Shown: one piece after another, positions 8,480 to 20,598 of the stretch
Layout of the letters: every line of letters starts with the position of its first letter
How positions within the stretch are numbered: the first letter of the stretch is position 1
Assembly: GCA_028826165.1 (NCBI GenBank)
Contig: JAPDFW010000087.1
Span: forward strand, 124,001-188,000
Direction: 5' to 3'
Origin: Anaeramoeba ignava BMAN
Lineage: Eukaryota > Protista > Anaeramoebae
Length of the DNA stretch: 64,000 bases
Translations under genes and position numbers: made by a program
Notes under the pieces: model-generated
The model's database searches: none
What the model was told of the DNA's origin: nothing
The model's input: the letters and a program-made list of their open reading frames with translations, nothing else

Positions 8480-11270
8480 AAATTAAATAAATAAAATTAA
8501 TTAAGAAATAATTTTAAAAAGAATTTATTATTAAAATTAAATAAATATTATTAAAAATAAAGAAATAAAATTAATTAAAATTTAAACATAAAATTTATTT
8601 AATTTTTAATTATAATTAATTTATAATTTATAAATAAAATTAATTAAGAAATAATTTTAAAAAAGAATTTATTATTAAAATTAAATAAATATTATTAAAA
8701 ATAAATAAATAAAATTGATTAAAATTTTAAATATAAAAATTATTTAATTTTTAATTATAATTAATTTACCATTTATAAATAAAATTAATTAAGAAATTAT
8801 TTTAAAAAGGAATTATTATTAAAAATAAATAAATATTATTAAAAATAAAGAAATAAATTAATTAAAATTTAAATATAAAAATTATTTAATTTTTAATTAT
8901 AATTAATTTATAATTTATAAATAAAATTAATTAGGAAATTATTTTAAAAAGGATTTATTATTAAAACTAAATAAATATTATTAAAAATAAAGAAATAAAA
9001 TTGATTAAAATTTTAAATACAAAATTTATTTAATTTTTAATTATAATTAATTTATAATTTATAAATAAAATTAATTAGAAAATTATTTTAAAAAGGATTT
9101 ATTATTAAAATTAAATAAATATCATTAAAAATAAAGAAATAAAATTAATTAAAATTTTAAATACAAAATTTATTTAATTTTTAATTATAATTAATTTACC
9201 ATTTATAAATAAAATTAATTAAAAATAATTTTAAAAAGAATTTATTATTAAAATTAAATAAATATTATTAAAAATAAATAAATAAAATTAATTAAGATTT
9301 AAACATAAAATTTATTTAATTTTTAATTATAATTAATTTACAATTTATAAATAAAATTAATTAGGAAATTATTTTAAAAAGGATTTATTATTAAAATTAA
9401 ATAAATATTATTAAAAATAAAGAAATAAAATTGATTAAAATTTAAACATAAAATTTATTTAATTTTTAATTATAATTAATTTACAATTTATAAATAAAAT
9501 TAATTAAGAAATTATTTTAAAAAGGATTTATTATTAAAACTAAATAAATATCATTAAAAATAAATAAATAAAATTAATTAAAATTTAAACATAAAATTTA
9601 TTTAATTTTTAATTATAATTAAATTATAATTTATAAATAAAATTAATTAGGAAATTATTTTAAAAAGGATTTATTATTAAAATTAAATAAATATCATTAA
9701 AAATAAATAAATAAAATTAATTAAAATTTTAAACATAAAATTTATTTAATTTTTAATTATAATTAATTTACCATTTATAAATAAATTTAATTAGGAAATT
9801 ATTTTAAAAAGGATTTATTATTAAAACTAAATAAATATCATTTTAAATAAATAAATAAAATTAATTAAAATTTTAAATACAAAATTTATTTAATTTTTAA
9901 TTATAATTAATTATAATTTATAAATAAAATTAATTAAGAAGTTATTTTAAAAAGAATTTATTATTAAAACTAAATAAATATTATTAAAAATAAATAAATA
10001 AAATTAATTAAAATTTAAAATACAAAAATTTATTTAATTTTTAATTATAATTAAATTATAATTTATAAATAAAATTAATTAGGAATTTATTTTAAAAAGA
10101 ATTTATTATTAAAACTAAATAAATATTATTAAAAATAAAGAAATAAAATTAATTAAAATTTTAAACATAAAATTTATTTAATTTTTAATTATAATTAATT
10201 TATAATTTATAAATAAATTTAATTAAGAATTTATTTTAAAAAGAATTTATTATTAAAACTAAATAAATATTATTAAAAATAAAGAAATAAAATTAAATAA
10301 AATTTTAAATACAAAATTTATTTAATTTTTAATTATAATTAATTATAATTTATAAATAAAATTAATTAAAGTTATTTTAAAAAGAATTTATTATTAAAAC
10401 TAAATAAATATCATTAAAAATAAAGAAATAAAATTAATTAAAATTTAAACATAAAATTTATTTAATTTTTAATTATAATTAAATTATAATTTATAAATAA
10501 AATTAATTAAGGAATTATTTTAAAAAGGATTTATTATTAAAACTAAATAAATATCATTAAAAATAAATAAATAAAATTAATTAAGATTTAAATACAAAAT
10601 TTATTTAATTTTTAATTATAATTAATTTATAATTTATAAATAAATTTAATTAAAAAATTATTTTTAAAAAAGGATTTATTATTAAAACTAAATAAATATT
10701 ATTAAAAATAAAGAAATAAAATTAATTAAAATTTAAACATAAAATTTATTTAATTTTTAATTATAATTAATTTATAATTTATAAATAAAATTAATTAGGA
10801 AATTATTTTAAAAAGAATTTATTATTAAAACTAAATAAATATCATTAAAAATAAAGAAATAAAATTAATTAAAATTTAAACATAAAATTTATTTAATTTT
10901 TAATTATAATTAATTTATAATTTATAAATAAATTTAATTAAGAAATTATTTTAAAAAGGATTTATTATTAAAAACTAAATAAATATCATTAAAAATAAAT
11001 AAATAAAATTAATTAAGATTTAAATACAAAATTTATTTAATTTTTAATTATAATTAATTTATAATTTATAAATAAAATTAATTAGGAAATTATTTTAAAA
11101 AAGAATTTATTATTAAAACTAAATAAATATTATTAAAAATAAATAAATAAAATTAATTAAGATTTAAATACAAAAATTTATTTAATTTTTAATTATAATT
11201 AATTTACCATTTATAAATAAAATTAATTAGGAAATTATTTTAAAAAAGGATTTATTATTAAAACTAAATT
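8480..11270. repeat. Intergenic AT-rich satellite, ~143-144-bp unit, ~19-20 copies
   Basis: Marker TTTTAAAAAG(G/A)ATT recurs at ~8521, 8665, 8809, 8951, 9095, 9238, 9381 ... 11248. Confidence 0.92.
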
Positions 11271-11366
11271 GCTTTAAAAAAATCCAAAAATAAAATTTTC
11301 ATTTTTTTCTTCAATTTTTTTCTTCAATTTTTTTCTTTTTATTTTTCATTTTTTTTAAAGAAATAA

Positions 11367-13202
11367 ATGCAAATTGATTGGTGTCTTGAGAAATTAACAA
11401 AAAATCCACCTGAATATTTACCTGAAAATCATGTACGATTTGTATGTGATAAATTAAAAGAAATACTTGTTAATGAAACAAATATTGCGCATGTTAAATC
11501 ACCAATAACAGTTGTTGGAGACATTCATGGTCAATATTATGATTTAATAGAATTATTTAAAATTGGTGGAGAAGCCCCTGATACTAATTTTTTATTTCTT
11601 GGTGATTTTGTTGATAGAGGTCATTATAGGTTCATTTTTTTTCATTCAAAAATTTTTATTTTTATTTTTGTTTTTGTTTTTATTTATAAATTTTCTTTTT
11701 TCTTTTAAAAATAGTGTTGAAACAATTAGTCTTCTTGTTTGTTTGAAAATTAAATATCCTCAACGTATAACTCTTTTAAGAGGAAATCATGAATCTCGAT
11801 GTATTACTCAAGTAAATCGGAATTCATTTTAAAAATCCAAATTGAAATTCATTTTAAAATGAAAATCAAAATTAAAATCAAAATTAAAATTCATTTTAAA
11901 ACCAAAATTAAAATTAAAATTAATTTTCAAATGAAAATTCATTTTGAAATGAAAATCAAAATTATTTTAAAATCAAAATTCATTTTGAAATGAAAATCAA
12001 AATTAAAATTCATTTTAAAATCAAAATTAAAATGAAAATTAAAATTCATTTTAAAATTAAAATCAAAATCAAAATTAAAATCAAAATTAAAATTAAAATG
12101 AAAATTCATTTTGAAATTAAAATTCAAATCCATTTTAAAAATTAAAACCAAAATTGAAATTAAAATTGAAATTAAAATTCATTTTAAAAATTCAAATTCA
12201 TTTTGAAATCAAAATCAAAATCAAAATCAAAATTCATTTTCAAATTAAAATTCATTTTGAAATTAAAATCAAAATTAAAATTCATTTTGAAATTAAAATT
12301 AAAATGAAAATTAAAATTCAAATTCATTTTGAAATTAAAATTAAAATCAAAATTAAAATTCATTTTCAAATTAAAATTCATTTTGAAATTAAAATTCATT
12401 TTAAAAATCCATTTTAAAAATTAATTTATTTAGGTTTATGGATTTTATGAAGAATGTACAAGAAAATATGGAAATATTAATGTTTGGACTTTATTTACAG
12501 ATCTTTTCGATTATCTTCAATTATCAGCAATAATTGATAAAAATTTATTTTGTATTCATGCAGGATTATCACCATCTGTTCAATCAGTAGAACAAGTATT
12601 TATTAAAAATTAAAAAATTAAAAATTAAAAATTAAAATTTAAAAATTAAAAATTTAAAATAAAGATTAAAATTCTTGATAGATTTCAAGAAATTCCACCA
12701 GAAGGAGCTTTAGCAGATTTAGTTTGGTCTGATCCTGAATTAGAAAAACCAGGATTTTCACCATCACAAAGGTAAAAATTGAAATATTTTTTTTTAAAAA
12801 ATTTTTCACCTTTTGATCCAAAAAAAAAATTTTTTTTTTCCTTTTTTTAATTTTGCTTTTTTTTTAATTTTTCATTTTATAATTTTTTTTAGAGGAGCTG
12901 GTTATATGTTTGGAAAAGATATTGTTGAAAGATTTCTTAAAGTCAATAAATTTGATAAAATATTGAGATCACATCAATTATGTATGGAAGGATATCAAAC
13001 ACTTTTTGGAGGAAAATTCTGTACAGTTTGGTCTGCACCTAATTATTATTATCGGTGTAGAAATGTTGCTTCCATTTTAGAAATTTATGTTGATAATGAA
13101 GATTATAATTTCAAGTTTAATGTATTTGGACCTGCACCTGATGAAGAAAGAGTATTTCCAAAAGCTGAAATAGCAACAAATACACCAGATTATTTTAAAT
13201 AA
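11367..13202 (+). CDS. PP2A-family Ser/Thr protein phosphatase catalytic subunit (PPG1/PP4-like)
   Basis: Exons 11367-11629, 11715-11811, 12434-12595, 12665-12771, 12893-13202. Motifs [60 protein letters not shown]. Confidence 0.92.
11812..12433. repeat. Intronic microsatellite (AAAATT/AAAATC/ATTCATTTT)
   Basis: Hexamer-based low-complexity tract between GT donor 11812 and AG acceptor 12433. Confidence 0.8.
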
Positions 13203-13396
13203 AAATTTAAATAAAAATTTAAATTAAAATTAAAAAAGGAAAAGAATTTTGAAATTTGTTTTTTCAATAAAAGAAAAAAATTGATAAATTTGAATTGTTT
13301 TCTATATTTTATTTTTTAAAAAAAAAAGAATGAAATTTCTATTTGATTTTTAAATTGATTTTTTTAATTTGATTTTTTTAAATTGATTTTTTTCAA

Positions 13397-15826
13397 TTAG
13401 CAAAATAATCTAATTGTTTTATCTGCTCCTGAAGTAAAAAGCCAAGGTTGAATTGGATGAAAAACACAATCCAAAACTCCCAATTCTAATTTCTCATTTG
13501 GATATTCATGACCATGTAAAATTTTAACAGGAACAATCAAAGGATTTTGCAAAAGATCATTAAAAACCTTTCCATAGAAAACTTGAGTTGTTTTATCATC
13601 AGAAGAAGAGCAGAACAAAGGGAATCTATTATGGAAAGCAACTTTACGAATAGCAAGAGAATGATATCTCATGATCTTATAAGGTTTTGTAGAAAGATCG
13701 ATATCGAACCAGCACAATTTTTTGTCATAAGAAGAAACAATGAGATTATCACCTCCTGGATGGATGTCTATGCTTGAGATCCATTGAACACCAGGCATGA
13801 GCTTGAGCGTCATTTTGCCTCTTAAAAGATTGTATATTCGAACATGTCTTTGTGTGGCAACAAAAAATAACGGTTTTTTTGGATGAAATTTGACACATTG
13901 AACAACTCCTTTTGATTTTCCAAATGGATTTTGTGTCATGTTTTTGGAAACTCTGTGAATCAAAACTGCTTCTCTTCCTCCATTTGGTGAGACTGATGCG
14001 AGATAGTCTCCCTTATTATGCCAAGTCAATGATTTCACAATATTTGTGCATTTTATAATTGCTACAATCCCTTTTGTTGTGAATTTGAATTCTTGTGATT
14101 CGTAGTCTTCTTTTGTGTAGTATAATTCGTGATTATCATGTGCTTCTGTTTCTTCCAGTTCGATCTGGAGTTTTTCAATTAGTTGATCTGTGTTTGAGTT
14201 ATTGGGATTCAGTTTTTTTTGTTGGAAGATGAGTTTTTTGGATCTGATTTCATTGAGGAATTCTTTTGGAGATTTCCAAATAGCATTATGACGTTTCTTG
14301 TGAGTGGAAGATTTTTTAGGATTTTTTTGATTTTGGTTATCTAATTGGTTTAATTGGGATAATTTTTGTTTAATTTTTTGATTTCTATCCAAAATATCAT
14401 TTTCATTTAAATTTTCATTTTCATTTAAATTTTCATTTAAATTTTCATCTTCTAATTGATTTTCATCAAAATTCTCATGTTCAATCACTAAAGGAAATTT
14501 CTTCATCAAATTATTCACTTGTTTCACACTTAAAATTGAATCGCCAGGATTAATAATCAAAACATATTTTCCAACAGCAGCAGCAATAATAGGAGTTTCA
14601 GGATTTGGATTCCAAGCAACAGAATAAACAATCTCGCTAAACTCCCAAGTTTTAAAGCATTTCCCAGTAAAAACCTCCCAAATTTTGATTGATTTATCAT
14701 CAGAACCAGAAACAAGCCAATTTCCAGTCGGATCAACTGAGATTGATCGAACTTTATTAATGTGGCCTTTATATGTGATCATTTCGTGTGTTGGAAATGG
14801 CTTCAGATCCTCTAAATCAGGAAGCTTGGGAATGATTTTGCGCTTGGTTAATTTCTGTTTGCGTTTTTTGGCTCTTGTGCATAAGTACAGATCAAGGCAA
14901 CGGTCGAACCGTTCGTTGAGGAATCGAGAATAGGCAGGAATGTCAATTATTCGATCAAAATTTTGAGGCAAAAAATTTCGTGGTTTTTCATCGTAATTTT
15001 CAATCGATTCCCACGCTTCAATTTCTCGTTGATTCGGCAAATACTCAGGCGGCGGGTTGTATGACTCTTCATGCCCTGGAAGATGAGGTTTTGGCGCGGG
15101 AATATTTTCACCTTTTGATTTTCTTTTTTCTGCCAATTTTTTTTTTTCTGCGAATTTTTTTGGCATTTTTTCTTGGTTCGACCAAAGAAGAAAATCACGG
15201 ACAACACGGCGAGTTCTGCGCTTTGAATATTTCTGTTTGCGAAGTCTTTTGACGATTTTGATGATCTTTTTGGCCTCCCATTTTGAGGGGACAAAACCAC
15301 GTTTAGAAATTGGTTTATTAGTCAACGGATGCAATTTCCCGTCTGGATAATCAAAGAAGTCGACATGAGGAGCATAAGGGTCATAATCCGCATCTGGGTA
15401 TTTACCGCTTTGTATTCTGAATGCGGTTGCCAACTCCTCGTCTGTCAACACATGGTCTTCTCCTGTCAATTTGTTTTGGATAGTTCGCCAATAGTCTGGG
15501 TTTTCGAATTTGGCAAGAAAATCATCCAAATTGTCTTTCTTCTGCGCTTTTATTACATCCCTTTTCAGGATCTTTTCCCCTGTTAAATTATAGCCGATGT
15601 GCGAATATTCTTTGTACCATTCAACAGGTACATCCCCTATTGTGTTTCTTAATTCTTCGTTTTCTCCTTCAGATTCTGATTCAGAATCGCTTAAGAAATG
15701 CTCGTAAAATGCTTCTCTTTCTTCTTCTTCGTTTCGTTCTTCTTCTGATTCTAATTCTTCGCTTTCTGTTGGAAGGAAATCTGAATCTGATTCTGTTGAT
15801 TCGTTTTCAATTTCTTCAAATATCAT
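13397..15826 (-). CDS. BOP1: Ribosome biogenesis protein BOP1/Erb1 (WD40)
   Basis: RNTIGDVPVEWYKEYSHIGYNLTG, FVPSKWE, APKPHLPGHEESYNPPPEYL, ERFDRCLDLYL, then C-terminal WD40 repeats ending FHPIQPWLFTSGAD. Confidence 0.96.
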   Translation of the reverse strand: MIFEEIENESTESDSDFLPTESEELESEEERNEEEEREAFYEHFLSDSESESEGENEELRNTIGDVPVEWYKEYSHIGYNLTGEKILKRDVIKAQKKDNLDDFLAKFENPDYWRTIQNKLTGEDHVLTDEELATAFRIQSGKYPDADYDPYAPHVDFFDYPDGKLHPLTNKPISKRGFVPSKWEAKKIIKIVKRLRKQKYSKRRTRRVVRDFLLWSNQEKMPKKFAEKKKLAEKRKSKGENIPAPKPHLPGHEESYNPPPEYLPNQREIEAWESIENYDEKPRNFLPQNFDRIIDIPAYSRFLNERFDRCLDLYLCTRAKKRKQKLTKRKIIPKLPDLEDLKPFPTHEMITYKGHINKVRSISVDPTGNWLVSGSDDKSIKIWEVFTGKCFKTWEFSEIVYSVAWNPNPETPIIAAAVGKYVLIINPGDSILSVKQVNNLMKKFPLVIEHENFDENQLEDENLNENLNENENLNENDILDRNQKIKQKLSQLNQLDNQNQKNPKKSSTHKKRHNAIWKSPKEFLNEIRSKKLIFQQKKLNPNNSNTDQLIEKLQIELEETEAHDNHELYYTKEDYESQEFKFTTKGIVAIIKCTNIVKSLTWHNKGDYLASVSPNGGREAVLIHRVSKNMTQNPFGKSKGVVQCVKFHPKKPLFFVATQRHVRIYNLLRGKMTLKLMPGVQWISSIDIHPGGDNLIVSSYDKKLCWFDIDLSTKPYKIMRYHSLAIRKVAFHNRFPLFCSSSDDKTTQVFYGKVFNDLLQNPLIVPVKILHGHEYPNEKLELGVLDCVFHPIQPWLFTSGADKTIRLFC

Positions 15827-15899
15827 TTTTTTATTTTAAAAAAAAAATGAAAAATTAATTTTAAAAAAAAAAATATTTTTTTAACAAAAATAATCAAAG

Positions 15900-16860
15900 A
15901 AATTAATTTAAAAATATAATTTCTAAATTAATTCTATTACTAAAATATTAATTTAATGTTTTAGATTTAAATATTTTATTATTTAAATATTTAACAAATA
16001 AATATAAAAAATGAGAATAAATTTAATTTAATATTTAATTTATAAATTAATTTAAAAATATAATTTAATATTTAATTCCATTATTAAAATATTAATTTAA
16101 TGTTTTAGATTTAAATATTTTATTATTTAAATATTTAACATATAAATATAAAAAATGAGAATAGATTTAATTTAATATTTAATTTATAAATTAATTTAAA
16201 AATATAATTTAATATTTAATTCCATTATTAAAATAATAATTTATTGTTTTAGATTTAAATATTTTATTATTTAAATATTTAACAAATAAATATAAAAAAT
16301 TAAAATAGATTTAATTTAATATTTAATTTATAAATTAATTTAAAAATATAATTTCTAAATTAATTCTATTACTAAAATAGTAATCTAATGTTTTAGATTT
16401 AAATATTTTATTATTTAAAAATATTTAACATATAAAATATAAAAAATAAGAATAGATTTAATTTAATATTTAATTTATAAATTAATTTAAAAATATAATT
16501 TAATATTTAATTTATTATTAAAATATTAATTTATTGTTTTAGATTTAAATATTTTATTATTTAAATATTTAACATATATAAATATAAAAATGAAAATAGA
16601 TTTGATTTAATATTTAATTTATAAATCAATTTAAAAAATATAATTTAATAATTAATTTTATGTTTAAAATAATAATTTATTGTTTTAGATTTAAATATTT
16701 TATTATTTAAATATTTAACATATAAATATAAAAATGGGAATAGATTTAATTTAATATTTAATTTATAAATTAATTTAAAAATATAATTTAATATTTAATT
16801 TTATTATTAAAATAATAATTTATTGATTTAGATTTAAATATTTTATTATTTAAAAATATT
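15900..16860. repeat. Intergenic satellite, ~144-bp unit, ~7 copies (same family as 35440-36460)
   Basis: TTAGATTTAAATATTTTATT recurs at ~15964, 16108, 16252, 16396, 16542, 16688, 16831. Confidence 0.9.
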
Positions 16861-17270
16861 TTGAAAATTGATTTTTTTGAAATTAAAATTTTATCTTTTT
16901 TTTGAATTAAATTGAATTAATATTAATTTAGAAATTTGTTTTTAAATTTAAATTTATTAATAATTTTTAAATTCCAAAAAAAAAAAATTAAATTAAAAAT
17001 TAAATTAAAATAATTTTCCTTTTCTTTTTAATAATAAAAATTAATAAAAAAAATAATAATTTATTAATAAATTAATTTAAAATAATAAATTAAAAAGAAA
17101 ATTAAATTAATTATTAATTTAAATTTATTCTCATTTTTTATATTTTTATTTATTTTCAAAATCCACTTTTTTTATTTCATTTTTTTTTTAAATTTTTTTT
17201 TTTCATTTTTTTCCTTTTTTTTAAAAAACAAAAATACAAAAAACAAAACACAAAAAACACAAAAAGCAAA

Positions 17271-18931
17271 ATGGATAATAATAATAATAACCAAATTCAA
17301 AATGCAAATCAAAATGAAAATCAAAATGAAATGAAAAATTTAGAAAAAAAAGTAACAAAAAATTTAATTAAAGATTATTCAAACCTTTTAAATGGAAATT
17401 CATTTAAAGATTTTTCAATTTTTGTTGAGAATGAATCAAATCCTTTTGAAATTAAAGTTCATAAATCAATTTTATCTTCAAGATCTCCTTTTTTTAATGA
17501 GTCATTAAGGCAAGAATCTCTTTCTATTTCTTTAAATCAATTTAATAAAAAAGAAATGGAATCAATTTTGAGTTATATTTATTATGGAAATATTTCTTTT
17601 GAGAATCAAGAAAATCTTATCCAATTATTGGAAATTTCAATTTATTTTAAATTAAATTTATTGAAAGAAATTATTCAAAAAAAAATTTCAAATTCAATTA
17701 ATTATTCAAATTTTTTCCAATTTTTATTCCAAAATCGAAATTTAAATTCAAATGAAATTGAAATAAAATGTTTTGAATTAATAAATCAAAATTTTTCCCA
17801 AATTCAGAATAATGAGAATTTATTCAATTTAACTAAAGAAGAAATTATCAAATTTATTCAATTTAAACAAGAAAAAAAAGAAATTTTTCAATTTGATTTT
17901 TTTCAATTTTTAAATAATTGGATTGAAAAAAGAAATGAAAGATTAAAAGGAAAGAAAGAAAAAGAAAAAGAAAAAGAAAAGGGAATTGAAAAGAAAAGAT
18001 TATTTCATTCTTTTTTTTCATTATTTGATAAAGATTCAATTTCAAAACAAGATTTTGATAAATTAAAACAATTTGATTTTTTTCCTAAATCTTTTTTAGT
18101 TGATATTCAAAACAAAGTTATTCAAGATAATCAAAAAGAAATTGAAAACAAAGAAAAGGAGATTGAAGAGAAATGGAAGAAAGAAGTTGAAGATAAAAAC
18201 AAAGAAATTGAAGATAAATGGAAGAAAGAAGTTGAGAATAAAGAGAAGGAAATTGAAGAGAAAAACAAAGAAATTGAAGAGAAATGGAAGAAAGAAGTTG
18301 AAGATAAAAATAAAGAAATTGAAGATAAAAACAAAGAAATGAAAAAATGAAACCAGCCTTTGAATTAATGGAATTACAAAAGATTTTTTCAGATTCAGAA
18401 ATCGTTAGAGATATTGAATATGTTAAGAAATTACAAGAATGGATAAATGATAATGATTTTTTTTCTAAAATGAAAAAAGGATTTTCAGCAAAAAGAGATG
18501 GATTTAATTCTCAAAATTGGCATAATGCAGTTGATGGGAAAGGAAAAACATTAGTTATTATTAAAACAAAACAAAATTTTATTTTTGGAGGTTTTACTCA
18601 AGTTGGATTTAAACATTCAAGTGGAGAACAAATTAATGATTCAAATGCATTTATTTTTTCATTAAGAAATGATAAAGGAGATAGAATACCTGCAAAGTTT
18701 ACAATTAAACAACCTCAATATGCAATTTATTCTGGTTTAAGTTATGGTCCAGTATTTGGTAATGATGATTTTTATTTAAATTCTGATTTTCATCAACCTG
18801 GTTATTCAAATTTTGGAGGTAGTTATAATCTACCTAATGGAATTACTTATAATACAGATTCAGGTAAAAGTTATTTAGCTGGTTCTTATGATAAATGGGT
18901 TGTTGATGAACTTGAATCTTATTTCATTTAA
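17271..18931 (+). CDS. BTB/POZ + coiled-coil repeat + TLDc domain protein (one apparent frameshift at ~18345)
   Basis: BTB: FKDFSIFV..IKVHKSILSSRSPFF..ILSYIYYG. KEIEEKWKK repeats. TLDc in the overlapping ORF 18347: FSAKRDGFNSQNWHNAVDGKGKTLVIIKT..IFGGFT..AFIFSL..YGPVFG. Confidence 0.85.
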
Positions 18932-19399
18932 AAATTAATTAATAATAAGAAAATCAAACTTTTTTTTTTTAATTTTTTTTTTCAAAATTTAATTCAATTT
19001 TAATTTACTTTTAATCAAATTAATTTCTTTAAAATAAAAAATAAGAAACAAATTTAATTTTAAATAATTTAATTTTAATTTAAAATATTTATTAAAAATT
19101 TAATTAATAAAAAATAATCCAAAAAAAAAAATAATAAATTTTAAAAAATTGAATATTTTTAATATAATAAATAAAAATAAAAATTGAAAATAGAAATTAA
19201 TAATAATTAAATTTAAATTCATTAATTAAAATATTAAAATAAAAATCAAATAAAATTTATTATTAATTAATATTTAAATATTAATAAATTATAATCAAAA
19301 TCAAAAATAGAATAATTAGTAAATTATTTTTTTAGAAAAGTTTATCTTATTCAATCATGTTAAATTCAATTTATTTAAAATTTTTAATTTTTAATTTTA

Positions 19400-20520
19400 T
19401 TTTTAATATATTTTATTATAATTAAAATTGAATAATAAATAATTAAAAATATTAATATAATAAATAAAAATATTATATCAAATTAAAATAAAATAAATTT
19501 AAATTAAATTATTATTAAATATTATTAAAATTAAAGATTTATCTTTATTAAAATATTTATTCCACTTTTTTTAATATATTTTATTATAATTAAAATTGGA
19601 ATAATAAATAATTAAAAATATTAATATAATAAATAAAAATAATATTTCAAATTAAAATAAAATAATTCTAAATTAAATTCAAAATTAATTATTGATAAAA
19701 TTAAATATTTATCTTTATTAAAATATTTATTCCACTTTTTAATATATTTTATTATAATTAAAATTGAAATAATAAATAATTAAAAATATTAATATAATAA
19801 ATAAAAACATTATTTCAATTTAAAATAAAATAATTTTAAATTAAATTTATATTAATAATTATTGATAAAATTAAATATTTATCTTTATTAAAATATTTAT
19901 TCCACTTTTTAATATATTTTATTATAATTAAAATTGGAATAATAAATAATTAAAAATATTAATTTAATAAATAAAACATTATTATTTCAATTTAAAATAA
20001 AATAAATTTAAATTAAATTCATATTCTTTATTATTAAAATTAAATATTTATATTTATTAAAATATTTATTCCACTTTTTAATATATTTTATTATAATTAA
20101 AATTGGAATAATAAATAATTAAAAAAATATTAATATAATAAATAGAAACATTATTTCAATTTAAAATAAAATAAATTTAAATTAAATTATTATTAATTAT
20201 TATTAAAATTAAATATTTATTTTTATTAAAATATTTATTCCAATTTTTTTAATATATTTTATTATAATTAAAATTGGAATAATAAATAATCAAAAATATT
20301 AATTTAATAAATAGAAACATTATTTCAATTTAAAATAAAATAAATTTAAATTAAATTATTATTAAATATTATTAAAATTAAATATTTATTTTTATTAAAA
20401 TATTTATTCCACTTTTTTTAATATATTTTATTATAATTAAAATTGGAAAGAATAAATAATTAAAAATATTAATTTAATAAATAAAAACATTATTTCAATT
20501 TAAAATAAAATAAATTCAAA
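19400..20520. repeat. Intergenic satellite, ~170-bp unit, ~6-7 copies
   Basis: TATTTATTCCA marker at ~19561, 19731, 19901, 20070, 20238, 20408. Confidence 0.88.
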
Positions 20521-20598
20521 TTAATTTAATATTCTTTATTTCATTTTTTTTTGTAAAATTTGTTTCAATCATAAATAAAAAAAACAAATTCCACTTTT

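Noticed and set aside
8480-11270. CRISPR-like array
   Set aside because: Whole units are repeated with no unique spacers, there are no cas genes, and the context is eukaryotic
11799-12417. Low-complexity ORFs rich in K/I/F/N/L (also 22197-22431, 40745-41185, 46789-47302, 47344-47896, 60919-61140)
   Set aside because: Stop-free translations of microsatellites, or alternative frames of repetitive coding sequence
13397-15826. Alternative genetic code (stop-codon reassignment)
   Set aside because: Long conserved genes translate fully in the standard code, and TAA, TGA and TAG are all used as terminators in the window
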